This document shows, piece after piece, positions 29,061 to 41,750 of a stretch of DNA of 64,000 bases. Under the pieces are notes generated by a model. That model ran no database searches, was not told where the DNA came from, and was given only the letters and a program-made list of their open reading frames with translations. A program made the translations under genes and the position numbers. Source of the DNA: Octopus sinensis (lineage: Eukaryota); NCBI RefSeq assembly GCF_006345805.1, contig NC_043012.1, positions 41,912,001-41,976,000 on the forward strand. The letters are read 5' to 3'. Each line of letters begins with the position of its first letter. Within the stretch, counting starts at the first letter, position 1.

Positions 29061-29232
29061 ATAAGCAGAGTAGTTAGTCAGTGGGGGTTGGATTTTCATC
29101 AGTCCGCAAGTGAGATTTAAACCCAGCAAAAGAAAGGCATGGTCTGTCACAAACGGCCGTAATCCTAACGATGCCAGACGGTTAAATATATTCAAATCCC
29201 ATACCTCCTGGCATTGTATGGTTTATGAATAT

Positions 29233-29456
29233 ATTATGCCCGTTTCGCATCCTTCTTCAGGTAATAATAATTGCAGTGCATAAAAAACTATGTTTACAGG
29301 ATTGCACCAATTAGTATGTTACGCATTATACAATACAATGAAATATTCACAAATCAGTTGTATAATGCGTATAATGCATATTGGTGCAGACATAGAAACA
29401 ATTTATTATGCATTAAAATCATAATTATATGAAGACGGTTACGAAACGGTCGTAAT
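29233..29456. mobile_element. Old, imperfect foldback with decayed outward hammerheads at both ends
   Basis: Left (reverse complement) ATTAC-CTGAAGA-AGGATGC-GAA-ACGGGCATAAT and right ATTAT-ATGAAGA-CGGTTAC-GAA-ACGGT-C-GTAAT are homologous. Internal arms TACGCATTATACAA / TTGTATAATGCGTA. Confidence 0.55.
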
Positions 29457-29544
29457 CTTAAGGATGACACGTGATTGAATATATTCATCTCTCATATGTC
29501 CTGACTTTTTATTGTATGTATATGTGTGTACGTGTGTGTATACG

Positions 29545-29577
<33 letters not shown>

Positions 29578-30301
29578 ACACACACACCACACTCACACAC
29601 ACATATATATATATATTCATTTATATAGTGAAATCGAAACATTAAAAGACAACAAAATGACGCCAGTAGAAAGTGGAAAAAAAAGAATGGGATTTTTACG
29701 CTTCGAGCTCTTCATCAGGAAAGCAGTGTGTGATAAGTTCATTTTTAGCTGTAGAACTTGAAGTAGATTAAAGCTATAAATAAAGCAAGTAAATATTAGG
29801 TTGAAAACTCTTAAGAGGACCCCAAAACTGTTAAATTCATTTTATATTTATTTTGTGCCAAAAATTTCGTCGCACAGCTGCGACCTGAGTATTGACACAA
29901 CTTTGCTACAACTACCTTCGTGATCGAGACACAATGGTGCGATGAAAATTTTGATACCTTTATGAAATAAATCTAAAATGTCAAGTAAATTTTACAGCGT
30001 TGTATGTTGCTAAATGCATGATGCAATTTGATGCAACTGCTTTCGTTTCAATGCCCTTTCTCTCTGAGTCAGGCACTAGAGGAGTGATTCAGAAATATAT
30101 TTAAATATGGACAGAGAGACAGACAGAGAAATATATAGATATATATATAGAGAGAGAGGGGGGGAGGGGGATAAAATAGACAGACAGACAGATAAAGAGA
30201 GAGAGAGAGAGAAGGGGAGAGAAGTGAAATAGACAGGCAGACAGACAGATAGCTAGTAGCTAGAGAGAGAGAGGGAGAGAGATCAAATGATAGAGATAGA
30301 T

Positions 30302-30349
<48 letters not shown>

Positions 30350-30385
30350 GATAGATAGACAGATAGATAGATAGATAGCTAGGTA

Positions 30386-30417
<32 letters not shown>

Positions 30418-30580
30418 AAGCATCGACGAATGTGCGTGTGTGTATTCCTTTGTGACTTGGTTAAGAAGCCGAAATTTAAAAAAAATAAATTAAAAACTTG
30501 AAAACTTTTTATTGATTTAAAACATGCATAGTCTGTCACCAAGACAGATTGAAACAATTTTCCCTTCCTTCCTTAATAAA

Positions 30581-30626
<46 letters not shown>

Positions 30627-31969
30627 GTAATAGTAATAGTAGTAGTAGGTTGAAGGTATTGAATGATTGGCAGAAAATATTTTCTCATTTTCTTTCCTCT
30701 CTTTTCTCTTATTTTTGTTGTTGTTTTCTTCATAAAATAAGTTTTATGTGAAAATAAGGAAGTTCATTCCCATTGTCCTGAGAATATTGTAATTCATCTC
30801 GCATAGTTTCAGTTATAAATATCTGGTGATGTGATGTAGTGAGTTGTATGCCTTTCCTTTTCTTCCGTTTCTTTTTCTCACGATATTTCGGTCCCAAGTG
30901 ACTTGTATCAAGTAGAAAAAGAAAAACGAACAAGGTCGTTGAAAGAACACACAAAAGATTAAGTTCGAATTCAATAAATGGTGTTAGGAAGGGAGATAAT
31001 TAGCAGAATTGTTTGAGAGGAACATTAAATACGTCGCCATCTTTGTTCCAGTCTCTTTGTGTCCTGAGCTCAAATCTTGTCAAGGCCTGTTTGGTGGGGG
31101 CAGACTTGATCCATCGCCACCTGGTGACTGTCATCACTGTAGTAGTCTTCGCGATGTTACAGGAACTAATCCAAAGCAGCCACCTGGCGGAATTGTGCGA
31201 GAATCAGACGAGATACTTCACACTATTGTTTCCAAATTCTCACTCTCTAAGTTCAAATCTCGGCCGCCATAACATTGATGTTCCTCCTTTTCTCGGGGAT
31301 GGCGGGAGTCGATAAAATAAATACTTCGTGGTATTTGTTTCGGCCTTGTGAGCTCTGTGAACTGCACAACATAATATAAATAAACAATAAATACAAACTT
31401 ATATAATATACAATTACCTCTAACTACAACAACGTTCAAATATATTCAATTTACTTAAACGTTTTAACTTGAGACAATTGTAAGCAATGAAAAATCTTGC
31501 AATTAGGACAAGCACAGCGTCCCCCACAACACTCAATTCATTATATCATTATAGCATTAAACTTAATCCGTGGTCTTGTTTAAGATCGCAACCTGGGCCT
31601 TGGGCAGTATTACTGGAGTTCATTCGGTTGTATGCATTCAGGGAAGGTACTTCAATTGGCGGTTAAAATTTCCCTTTCATCTCGGAAGTAAAAAGATAAA
31701 GAAAGGTCATAGGCGCTACCCCACCCCACCCCGGCTAAGAAGTAAAAACATAGAAAGGCGTTGATTGGAGAATTGGGAGAAAATAATTTAGAGAATTGAC
31801 GTCACTCAATAGTCAAAGTTCAAATCCGACTGCAGTTAACTTTAGCATTCCTCCTTCATGGGACAATATAATAAACATACCAGCCAATAATGGGGTTAGA
31901 TCAAATTAACTGTTTTCCCCCATACTCGTACATACATGTTCTTCTATGAATGCCCTCATGGCAAACCTG

Positions 31970-32069
31970 NNNNNNNNNNNNNNNNNNNNNNNNNNNNNNN
32001 NNNNNNNNNNNNNNNNNNNNNNNNNNNNNNNNNNNNNNNNNNNNNNNNNNNNNNNNNNNNNNNNNNNNN
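31970..32069. other. Assembly gap (100 N)
   Basis: Run of N. Confidence 1.
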
Positions 32070-32136
32070 TTTTAAAGGTTAGCGTTTGTAAGAGTAAATA
32101 GATTGAATTAATATATATGTTCCATTCTAGCAAAAA

Positions 32137-32173
32137 CTGTCTGATGAACGGCAACGAGAAACTCGAGTAACAG
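32137..32173 (+). ncRNA. Minimal type-I hammerhead ribozyme motif
   Basis: CTGT-CTGATGA-ACG-GCAA-CGA-GAA-ACTCGAGT-A-ACAG. Intact core, palindromic stem III, GNRA-capped stem II with a mismatched first pair. Confidence 0.65.
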
Positions 32174-32982
32174 ATTTTGGTGAATTTTCTGCTGCTTAAA
32201 ATAAAGTATATATATATATATATATAATATATATAATATATGTATATGTGTGTGTGTATACATGTGTGTGTGTCTATAATATATATATTATAATATATAA
32301 TGTATATATATATATATGTATGCATATATAAATATATATATATATACGTATATATATATATGTGTGTGTGTACATGTGTTTGTATATATAATGTATGTGT
32401 GTATATATATACACACACACACACACACATACATACACATACTCTCATACAAGTATGTGCGGGCGATAATATTTACAACACTGGCGCTGCTTTTAATCCG
32501 TTGTAGATATAGCTATATTCTATCAGTGTGTCCATTTCTCCTTTCGTTTCAAAATTCAAGCTCATAATTATTTTGCTTGCTTCCGACATATAACACACGT
32601 ATACATATACGACAAGCATCCGCACAGTTTCCGTAAAGCGAATTCTCTCAGAGTTTTCGTCGGTTCGAGATAATAGTAGAAGACTGCTCCCTAAACGATA
32701 TGATTATGAAGCAAGTAGCCTCACCTCACACTGATTTCTGCTCCTGCATATCATCCTTACTTCTTCTAGTAAGTTACTTCAGCCCACAACCCAACCACAC
32801 ACACACAACTTTAAGAAAATATTTGCTTCACCTTTAACCTTTTTCGTTTTGTTGTTTATTCATTGAAATATCTTTAATAAGGTTCCTGACTTTCCGTCTT
32901 TCATTTTCTTTTATTCCTTGTTAACTTTATTCGATGTCGTGTGGCCTAGTGGTTACGCTCTGCTCGTCAGTGTGTTGACACT

Positions 32983-33353
32983 CATTTCTAGCAACACTGG
33001 TGCTGACTAGTGCCCTTAGTCACTTTGGTGACATCGATATTTCTACCCTTCGATTGTAAAAGGGGAATAAACCACCTTTACTATTTATAATTTTCACTTT
33101 TACCATTTATGAAATCAGCGTCCGATTTCTACGGCAGTCATAAACTTACAAGGCGAGTGAGCTTAACCCTAGTAAGGGCGACTGACGAGCATTAACCAAA
33201 TGCGAAATCACCGGTGATGTAGCTATGCCCCGGATATAGGGAACTTGCCTTCTTTGTCAGCCTTAAGATAAGTGCTTTCTGTGGCTATGGGTTGTCTTGA
33301 ACTCACATTTCTAGCAACACTGGTGCTGACTAGTGCTCTTAATCACTTTAGTG
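32983..33353 (+). mobile_element. 323-bp unit with ~48-bp terminal direct repeats and an internal hammerhead-like motif (retrozyme/pLTR-like)
   Basis: CATTTCTAGCAACACTGGTGCTGACTAGTG.. at 32983 and 33306. Hammerhead-like motif at 33178-33223. Confidence 0.55.
33178..33223 (+). ncRNA. Hammerhead-like motif with G17 (predicted inactive)
   Basis: GCGA-CTGACGA-GCATT-AACCA-AATGC-GAA-ATCACCGGTGAT-G-TAGC. Stem III is a 12-nt perfect palindrome. Confidence 0.55.
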
Positions 33354-33432
33354 GTGTGTGTGTGTGTATGTGTTTGGTATATCAAACACTTCGTGTTATA
33401 GTTATTTGTCTATCCGCATAATTGCCTCTATA

Positions 33433-33500
<68 letters not shown>

Positions 33501-33572
33501 ACTCTAATACTAATATAAAATAATATAATAATATAATAATACTAATAATAATAATATGATAATAATAATAAT

Positions 33573-34113
33573 AGGCAGAGGCTCTCATGGCTTCTGATCT
33601 TAACTGATTGGAAGTGTTATCATGTACACATTGTTTGTCTTGGTATAAAAGATGGGCTACAGCAAATATTCTGCTCAATACCACAGATTTGCTGGTCAGT
33701 TGTTTGACCGTAACCAGTTGAGCATGTCCCTTAAGTGGCTGACGATATGTGCATCTCTGATCACGAGCAGAAGTAGTGGGGGAGCATCATAGCCATGTGT
33801 TGAGAGGGATTCTTGGGGTTTGAATAATTCACCTCTGGAGACATGGGTGGGTTTTTCAACATCCTTAACAACCCTTATTCAGGGACCGTTTGAGCGGGAT
33901 GGGCTACTCAACCTGAAGAAAATTCTAACTGGGCCCCACCTTGCAAGGTCATGTTAAGTTTATCTTGATATGAGATCACCATTGCCGCGCACATATGGTT
34001 GTGATGCATGTGCCTGGTGTGCCCTTATCAGACGGGTAGTCATGATGGGTATATTGGGCTTCGTATATTTTACCCCAGTGTCACTTTGATGGCATGAACT
34101 GCTCTCTCACTCA
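33573..34113 (+). mobile_element. ~540-bp non-coding interspersed repeat in (AAT)n
   Basis: Inverted copies at 36051-36437 (partial) and 45322-45830. No coding capacity seen. Confidence 0.8.
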
Positions 34114-34259
34114 ATAATAATAATAATAAATAGCACTGCTTGGAACCACTCGAAAACTCCGGATGGTGCTTGAAAAATAAAGGGTGTTACCTTAGTTCAC
34201 TGGTGGTGAACAGCTGGCACCGTAATACTTCTCCAGCTATAGAAGATGCGCAACGACAA

Positions 34260-34338
<79 letters not shown>

Positions 34339-34569
34339 TTCTTTACAAACCACAAGGCTTTACATTAAGAAAAACATTATGGACAACACAGGACAAAGCA
34401 AAGAATCTGTGTGGTTATGAGGGTTTTGTGTGTAAACAAGACTAAAAAAAATTTTTTGATCAACAATGTGTGATCTTCAGTAGGGTGGAGACTTTCGAAG
34501 GCTGCTCATGGAACAACCCCATAAAAACCATGGGTACCCTGACTTTGTGGGCAGGTGCCATTTTTTCTT

Positions 34570-35230
34570 TCTTTTTTAAAACGAGTACAAAAATTGCTAC
34601 GATAGCGTTGGACAGTATTTTCATTGGGAAATATGTAAACACTACAAAATCAGCCCTCCAGCTTACTGGTATGAACACCATCCTGAGCCAGTCATTGAAG
34701 CTAAAAATGTCACTCTCCTCTGGGATTTTCCAGTCAGCAGCAGCACAACGGTCCAGGCTAATCTACCAGACTTAATCAATAAAGACAAGGTGTTGAAAAT
34801 ACTTGCAGACTAATAGATGTAAGTGTCCCCACTGATAAATATATATTTGTAAAGGAATTTGACAAATTAAGTAAATATAAGGACCTGGGAATTAAAATAC
34901 AAAAGATGTGGCATCGTAAAGCGAGAACTGTTCATGTTATTGTCGGTGCCCTATGTATGATAAGAAAGGGATGTCAGAAGCATTTAGATAAAATCCCAGG
35001 AGAACCATGTCTCAGGGATATCCAAAAGATTGTACTGACAAGTACTGCCTACATCTTTAGAAAAACCCTTTCCTTTTAAATGACTGTGTTGTATTACATG
35101 AAGATATTTCACTACTGCCCCTCCCCAACTTTTCAGCCATACTGCAACATCTCTTATCCTTCACTCGCCCCAGGATGCTGGGTGTGTGTCTCGGCAAGTG
35201 ACTGTTACAAACATGCAGATTACAAGTAAA
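34570..35230 (+). mobile_element. Decayed RLE-type LINE 3' end (R4/Dong-like)
   Basis: ..GQYFHWEICKHY..TLLWDFPV..IDVSVPTD..KLSKYKDLGI.IQKMW..IVGAL... Followed by (CAA)/(AAT)n. Confidence 0.8.
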
Positions 35231-35244
35231 ACAACAACAACAAC

Positions 35245-35278
<34 letters not shown>

Positions 35279-35289
35279 TAATAATCAGA

Positions 35290-35700
35290 TGCTAGAGCAT
35301 AACTGACCGGACCTAGTGGTGGTCGACAATGTGCACCACATATGCTACATAGCTGATGTTGCATGCCCCTTTGACTCACGAATAGAAGGAAGGTGAAAAG
35401 ATAGATACAACCCTCTTAAGTACGAAGTAGACCGGATACAGAAAATGACGGTGAAAATAGTGCCAATTATTGTTGGGTCCTTGAGATCAGTATCAGAAGG
35501 CATCAAGAGGAATATAAAGGAAATTGGAATAGAGTGCCCAGCAGAACTGCTACAAAAGGTTTGCTTCGTTTGGCACGGATAGAATAATCAGCAAAGTATT
35601 AAAAAGCTGAAAAGAGCGAATAGCATGTTGCCGTAGGCCGCAGGTAGTAAGCCCGCTACTCATGCAAGACTCCAGGAGCTCCAACAAAACCTGTGATAAA
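35290..35700 (+). mobile_element. Decayed RLE-type LINE 3' end (second family)
   Basis: PDLVVVD..IADVACPFD..LKYEV..IVPIIVGSL..ELLQKVC. Flanked by (AAT)n on both sides. Confidence 0.7.
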
Positions 35701-36035
<335 letters not shown>

Positions 36036-36050
36036 CATTATTATTATTAT

Positions 36051-36437
36051 TGAGTGAGAGAGCGGTGCATGCCATCAAAGTGACACTGGGGTACAAATAC
36101 ATGAAGCCCATTATACCCATCACGACTACCCGTCTAATAAGTGTACACCAGGGATATATACCGCAACCATATGCGCGCGATATAGTGATTTCATATCAAG
36201 ATAAACAGCGCATGATCTTGCAAGTGGAGCTCAGTTAGAATTTTCTTCAAGTGGAGTAGCCCATCCTGCTCAACAAGTCCCTGAATAAGGGTTGTTTAAG
36301 GATGTTGAACGAAACACCCATGCTTCCAGAGGTGATTTAACCAAACCCCAAAGAATTCCTCTCAGTACATGGCTATGATGTTTCCCCACTACTTCTGCTC
36401 ATGATCAGAGATGCGCATATCATTAGCCACTAAGGGA
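36051..36437 (-). mobile_element. Partial copy of the ~540-bp (AAT)n-associated repeat
   Basis: Reverse complement of about 33730-34113. Confidence 0.8.
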
Positions 36438-37260
36438 CAGTGGCAGACTCATTTGAGCGTCGAACCAAACATTCGTTCCAGCTCTTTACATTCTGAGTTC
36501 AGATCTCTGCTGGGTCATCCTAGTTTTTCATCTCTCCTGGGCCGATAAAATCTATCAATTACAGGGGTACTTGCATTGGACCAATCTCCTTCCTCTAAAA
36601 TTGATAGCCTCTGCCAAAATTTGAAACCACCATTATAACTAAAAGGGAGACCTCACGAAGGCGGTCTTTCTACTAATCGTTAAATATTTACACATTTGAT
36701 TCCCAGTTCGTGTTATTTTTCTTTTTCGTTTAATTTTTCTTTGTTTCATTTATTCGTATAATAGTATTCACTCACTCAAAGATTTCTTTCGTTATTTTAT
36801 CGCAGCCTTAATCTGTCTTTTTTTTAAACAAACCCAAATTCAATTCATCTTCTACATTACTGCTTATTATGCTCGAAATAGCAGACATCAGGTGGGTATA
36901 TTCTAAGGTGTATAACATACAAATCTACGTATGATTTTCTTTTTCAAATTACGACGGTGTAAACATTTCAGATTTACCACACCACATCTTCAACCGACCT
37001 CCAGGTAATTTGAAATCAGTTCAGATTAAGGAAGCTGCGGATACTAGTGTGAAATTGATTTCATCCAGAGCCCTTACGATTTCAGATTCCTCCCTTAAAC
37101 CCAGGTCCTTTCCCAAATGTTCGTCACCTTGGAGGCAAATAAAGTGTATTCTCTCTCTATATATATATCTATTCATCATATGAACTACGACAACCCAAAC
37201 TGGAGGTTACAGCAAAATAATTAGCTGTCGGAGATGACATAAAGAAAGAAGAGAAAAAGG

Positions 37261-37316
<56 letters not shown>

Positions 37317-37515
37317 AAGAAGAGAGAAAGACATCAAACAAATCTTGCATTTAAGTTTTTCAAAACTGCTTTCAGTGAATAAAAATCAATCTTAAAGACC
37401 ACATTTTGATAAAAAATATATTAAAATGTATAAGCCAGTGGTTCCCAAACAGGGGTCCAGGGACTCCTAGTAGTCCGCAAGAGTAGTACTTGGGATCTGT
37501 GAATAAAATTCAAAA

Positions 37516-37592
<77 letters not shown>

Positions 37593-37774
37593 GATAAGCA
37601 TATTAAGAGGGGGTCCGTGAGAAAACTCATTTAAATAAAAGGGTTGAGAATCCGGCCACTTTAAGGATTGCTTTCTTCAAGTAAAATTTCATTACTCCAA
37701 CTAATTAATCGGCAACCTTCTCCATTATGGAATAGATTCTCCATTATAGAATAGATTATGAGTTATGAAAGGGT

Positions 37775-38130
37775 GGTGGGTTGGCAGAATCGGTTGAGCA
37801 TCAGACGACATGCTTTGCGGTATTTAGTTCAAATACTGCTGAGTTCAAATTCACCTTTCACTCCTCCTGGGTCGATGCCAGCCAAGTACAGGATAGATGT
37901 AATCGACTACTGCCATCCTCAAATCTTGCTGGGTTTGTGCCTAAATTAGAAATAATTACTCAAGGTGAACAACTGGCGGGATTATTAGAAGAGTGGTATC
38001 CTAATCAGGGTCTTTGGGAACTGAGTTCAAATCCTCCTGTAATCGACTTTGCCCTTCATCTTTTCGAGGCCGATAAAACAGAGTACCAGTCGAGTGCTGG
38101 GCTAGCGGGTGTCGACTAATCCTTTCCTTT
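37775..38130 (+). mobile_element. Two decayed family A SINEs
   Basis: TGGCAGAATCG..GAGTTCAAAT motifs, twice. Confidence 0.6.
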
Positions 38131-38731
38131 AATTTCAGCAATTCTTCTTCTTCTTCTTCTTCTTCTTCTTCTTCTTCTTCTTCTTCCTTCTTTGTTTCTT
38201 TGTTTCTTTGTTTCTTTGTTTGTTTCTTTGTGGTTAAGGTGTTGCACTCACGATCGTTAATCGGGTAGTGCGTTGTTATTGAGTAAAACATTTAATTTCC
38301 ACTTTGCTCCAGTCCATTCAGCTGTAAATGAGTTCCAGAAATACCTGGGGAAATTAACTCTGCGTGGGACTGGCGTCCCATCCAGTGTGAGGCAGTTTTG
38401 TAATCTCAGTCATTTACATGCCATAGAAACCGGCTTATGTGTCCTGGGACACATGACAAGACCTAAGTCTATGTCTAAGTCCTTTATCATCCTGTCTCCT
38501 CCTCATTAAATGCTTTTGAAATAATATTTTATAAATATTTAAATATTTAAATATAAATGTTTCATTTATTTTGTTTTTATAAAATTTATTTACTGATTAA
38601 TTTTTTAAAAATATTTTTATTTTTATTTACTGATTATTTTTATTTTCTATTTATTTTTATTTTCCTTTTTCTTCTTCTTCGACGACTCCTCTTCCCGAAT
38701 CCTCCATGCTCTTCGTCCTCTTCCATGGCAG

Positions 38732-38787
38732 AATTCCTTGACAGATCTTCTCAACAAAATGAGCTCCGCCGACCCACATTTTATCAG
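38732..38787 (+). CDS. Myosin motor domain exon (NSLTDLLNKMSSADPHFI-R)
   Basis: Matches the SL.DLL.KM....PHF(I/V)R motif. Polypyrimidine acceptor ttccatggcag|, donor gtaaat at 38788, phase 0-2. Confidence 0.93.
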
Positions 38788-40143
38788 GTAAATACAGAGT
38801 TCTTTATGTTGTTGTTGTTGCTACTTCATCTTAAACAAAAAATCTGGTGCTTTTTGTTATTGTTGTTATTTTTAAACCCCAGGCCAACCTTAATCTAACA
38901 AATGTACAATCAAAGATGTTCCAGCAGTGGATATATCTTCTAGTTTTCATCAGCTATAGTGTATCTAAGACTACATTATCTAATTATCTAATGTTGCCTT
39001 CTTTCTTGTAGTTCTTAGCCACAAGTCAGTTCTAATCCAATAAATCTGGAATCAGAGATGTTACATTTGTAACCATCCGGTCTTTTATGATAGGCAAAGT
39101 ATGCCTCGGACTACATTTTCTAATAGATCCTTCCTTCTGTGTTGTTTGACCCTATGTCAGCCCTAGTCCAGTTAATCGATGATCAGATATGTCCCAGTCA
39201 CAACCATCCTGTTCGTCTATTCTATTTCGCCCGGCGTGCTAACGATTCTGCCAGCTCGCCGCCTTGCATGAGGAAATATTTCAACATCGTAGCTAAACTC
39301 TCTTTAAAAGACTCCAGACTAAACCTAGTGAAAAAACAAAACTGAGCAAAATCCCTCTTCATTTGATAATTCTTTTTAAAATTCAGTCAAATTAAACACT
39401 TTTCAGAAAAGTTGCCAGAATGAATATATTTATTATTTCAGTAAAATATTTCACGAAATGCTAAATAAATTTGACAACGTGTGAACAAAGCGGATATTTC
39501 GTCACATGGTAACTTGTATTTCAAGTTAAACAAATAAAAACATTCTAATAAAATTCCAATAAAATGAATAAGAAGTATAAACAAAATTCTTTCGATTATA
39601 TTCACTTGCTAATGAATCATTTTTGTTTCTTTTATTCGCGAATTTAACTGGGTGGTCCATGGTTAATGCGTTTCGGGACTTGGACGGATCGGGTCATGGC
39701 ACGCAAAGACGACAGGTGGTTTGTGTGTGTGTGTGTGTCAGTCTGTGTGAACACAAACTTATACACACACACACATACACACATACACATACACACATAC
39801 ACACATACATACACACATACATACATACATACATAATACATACATACATACATACATACATACATACATACATACATACATACACACACGCATACATACA
39901 TACACACATACATACACACACACACACATGCAGACACACACGCACTCGCGCACACCCACATATTAAGCCATCCCATAAATATTGCGGTTTTTTCAATTGC
40001 GTGAACTAGAAGTCGGAATTGGGTGGAATAAACAATTTGCAACAACTTGCTATAAAAGCAGGTAGTAATTTTTACCTTGTACTTATTCTTAGTGTACGTT
40101 TTGAAAAGTACAGTTCTATTTCAACAGTTAATTCAAACCTATA

Positions 40144-40290
40144 ATGGAAGCGACAAAGGAGCATATTCGGCATATTTTGTTTTGGGTTCAATAAAGGCAA
40201 CAACGCAACGGAAAATGCGAGGAATATTAATTCAGTATATGGGGATCGGACAATAAGCGTAAGCCAATGTCAACGGTGGGTTCCAGAAAC
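40144..40290 (+). mobile_element. Mariner transposase N-terminal fragment (frameshifted)
   Basis: MEATKEHIRHIL..FNKGNNATENARNINSVYGDRTISVSQCQRW, a mariner HTH-type start. Confidence 0.75.
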
Positions 40291-40628
40291 TCTGTTTGTG
40301 TGTGTGTAAAATTCAAGTTATCATCATCTATTAAAATAATGATAAAGTGGTCAGCAAACATTATTCAAATAAGCAAAATATATATCTATAAATATAAAAC
40401 TGAGAATATCTGTCTGTCTGCCACGGGCAACGCCGGGTATCTCTGCTATATATATGTATATGTCAGGGTACGATAAATACCTGTTTGCTTGAAAGAGGTG
40501 TTAAAAATCCCCCAAACCACTCATCTCTCATTATATGTAAACACACACAGAGAATACAGTGAATATGTCTCTCCGAATTAGTCCTCCTATTTGTAAGATA
40601 CATAGAGTAAATTACAAATGACAGACAT

Positions 40629-40688
40629 TCTGGTATCAACTGATTTCGCCTTCTGTGTTGAAGCGACACTTAAGGCTCATCAGCCAGA
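40629..40688 (-). ncRNA. Type-I hammerhead ribozyme motif
   Basis: Reverse complement: TCTGG-CTGATGA-GCC..GGC-GAA-ATCAGTTGAT-A-CCAGA. Confidence 0.75.
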
Positions 40689-40808
40689 CATAAATTTATA
40701 CCTGCTCAATAACGTTTGATTGAAAGTCGCGGGGGCCTTCAGTTGAAAAACGCCAACGGACAGGTAAATACGTTTTTCTGAAATAGTTTATGTAGTAAGT
40801 CTGGCTGA

Positions 40809-41137
40809 GAGGGCGCGTGGCTTAGTGGTTAGGGCATTCGGCTCATGATCGTAAGGTTGTGAGTTCGATTCCCGGCGACGCGTTGTGTCCTTGAGCAAGA
40901 CACTTTATTTCACGTTGCTCCAGTCCACTCAGCTGGCAAAAATGAGTTGTACTTGTATTTCAAAGGGTCAGCCTTGTCACTCTCTGTGTCACGCTGATTA
41001 TCCCCGAGAACTACATTAAGGGTACACGTGTCTGTGGAATGCTCAGCCATTTGCACGTTAATTTCACGAGCAAGCTGTTCCGTTGATCGTATCAGCTGGG
41101 ACCCTCGTCGTCGTAACCGGCGGAGTCTTTTTTTTTT
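40809..41137 (+). mobile_element. Full-length tRNA-derived SINE (family D) with 12-13 bp TSD
   Basis: Head GGCGCGTGGCTTAGTGG..GAGTTCGATTCCC, T-run at the 3' end, TSD AAGTCTGGCTGA at 40797-40808 and 41138-41149. Confidence 0.9.
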
Positions 41138-41140
41138 AAG

Positions 41141-41200
41141 TCTGGCTGATGAGCCATAAGTGTCGCTTCAACACAGAAGGCGAAATCAATTGATACCAGA
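41141..41200 (+). ncRNA. Type-I hammerhead ribozyme motif (best formed in the window)
   Basis: TCTGG-CTGATGA-GCC-(ATAA-GTGT..ACAC-AGAA)-GGC-GAA-ATCAATTGAT-A-CCAGA. 5-bp stem I, intact core, 10-nt palindromic stem III, AUA site. Confidence 0.8.
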
Positions 41201-41374
41201 ATGTCTGTTATTTGTATTTTACTCTGTGTATCTTACAAATATCATTTGGATACTATTGGTGGAATATTTTCCACGTGGTGCAAATAATGTATCGTTCACG
41301 GCGGCGTTGCAGAGAATAGAGCTTCAGCTGTTTAAGTCGAGCCCAATAATGAAGACCCATTATGCTATTTATTT

Positions 41375-41750
41375 TTTGTGATTGGTCTTTGTGGTGCTTC
41401 GATCCTCTTTATATCTTGTTTTTCGTAGGGGAACCATAATAGGCAGCAGTATTCGAGGTGGGGCCTAGCGAATGTGGAGAAGAGAAGGATGATGGTTTCA
41501 TGGTCCCTAGATTAGAAAGTTCTGAGGATCCATGAGTACATTCTGTGGGCTATATCGAATTTTTTTGTTGATGTGCACACTTCACCTAGGGTTGCTGTCG
41601 ACAGTTACGCCTAAGTCTCTGATTTAATCCGACGGTACTGTATATGGTTGTTTGAGTGCCCACTCTTCCAAAGTGGATGAACTCAAATTTTTCTTCGTTC
41701 GACTGCATATTGTTTTTTTGTGTCCACTGGGTTACTGTGCATAGGTCCGA
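41375..41750 (-). mobile_element. CR1-clade LINE fragment (post-RT region), decayed
   Basis: RDLGVTVDSN..SWILRTF.SRD..LFSTFARPHLEYCC.LW.PY..QDIKRIE.PQR. Confidence 0.8.

Larger units (their letters stand above)
40588..41241. mobile_element. Foldback element (~100-bp arms, 40588-40690 and 41138-41241) with outward hammerheads, interrupted by a SINE
   Basis: The arms are reverse complements. Hammerheads at 40629-40688 (-) and 41141-41200 (+). Confidence 0.85.

Noticed and set aside
29697-29722. Minus-strand CTGATGA-AGAGCTC-GAA-GCGT-A
   Set aside because: Stem II has no loop, A15.1 is missing and stem I is poor. At best a dead relic.
36972-37004. Possible 33-nt exon (catttcag|..CCAG|gtaatt)
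   Set aside because: It is symmetric, so it does not supply the needed phase switch, and there is no homology support.
40809-40880. tRNA gene (also other SINE heads)
   Set aside because: A/B boxes are present but there is no complete cloverleaf. It continues into a SINE body with a TSD.
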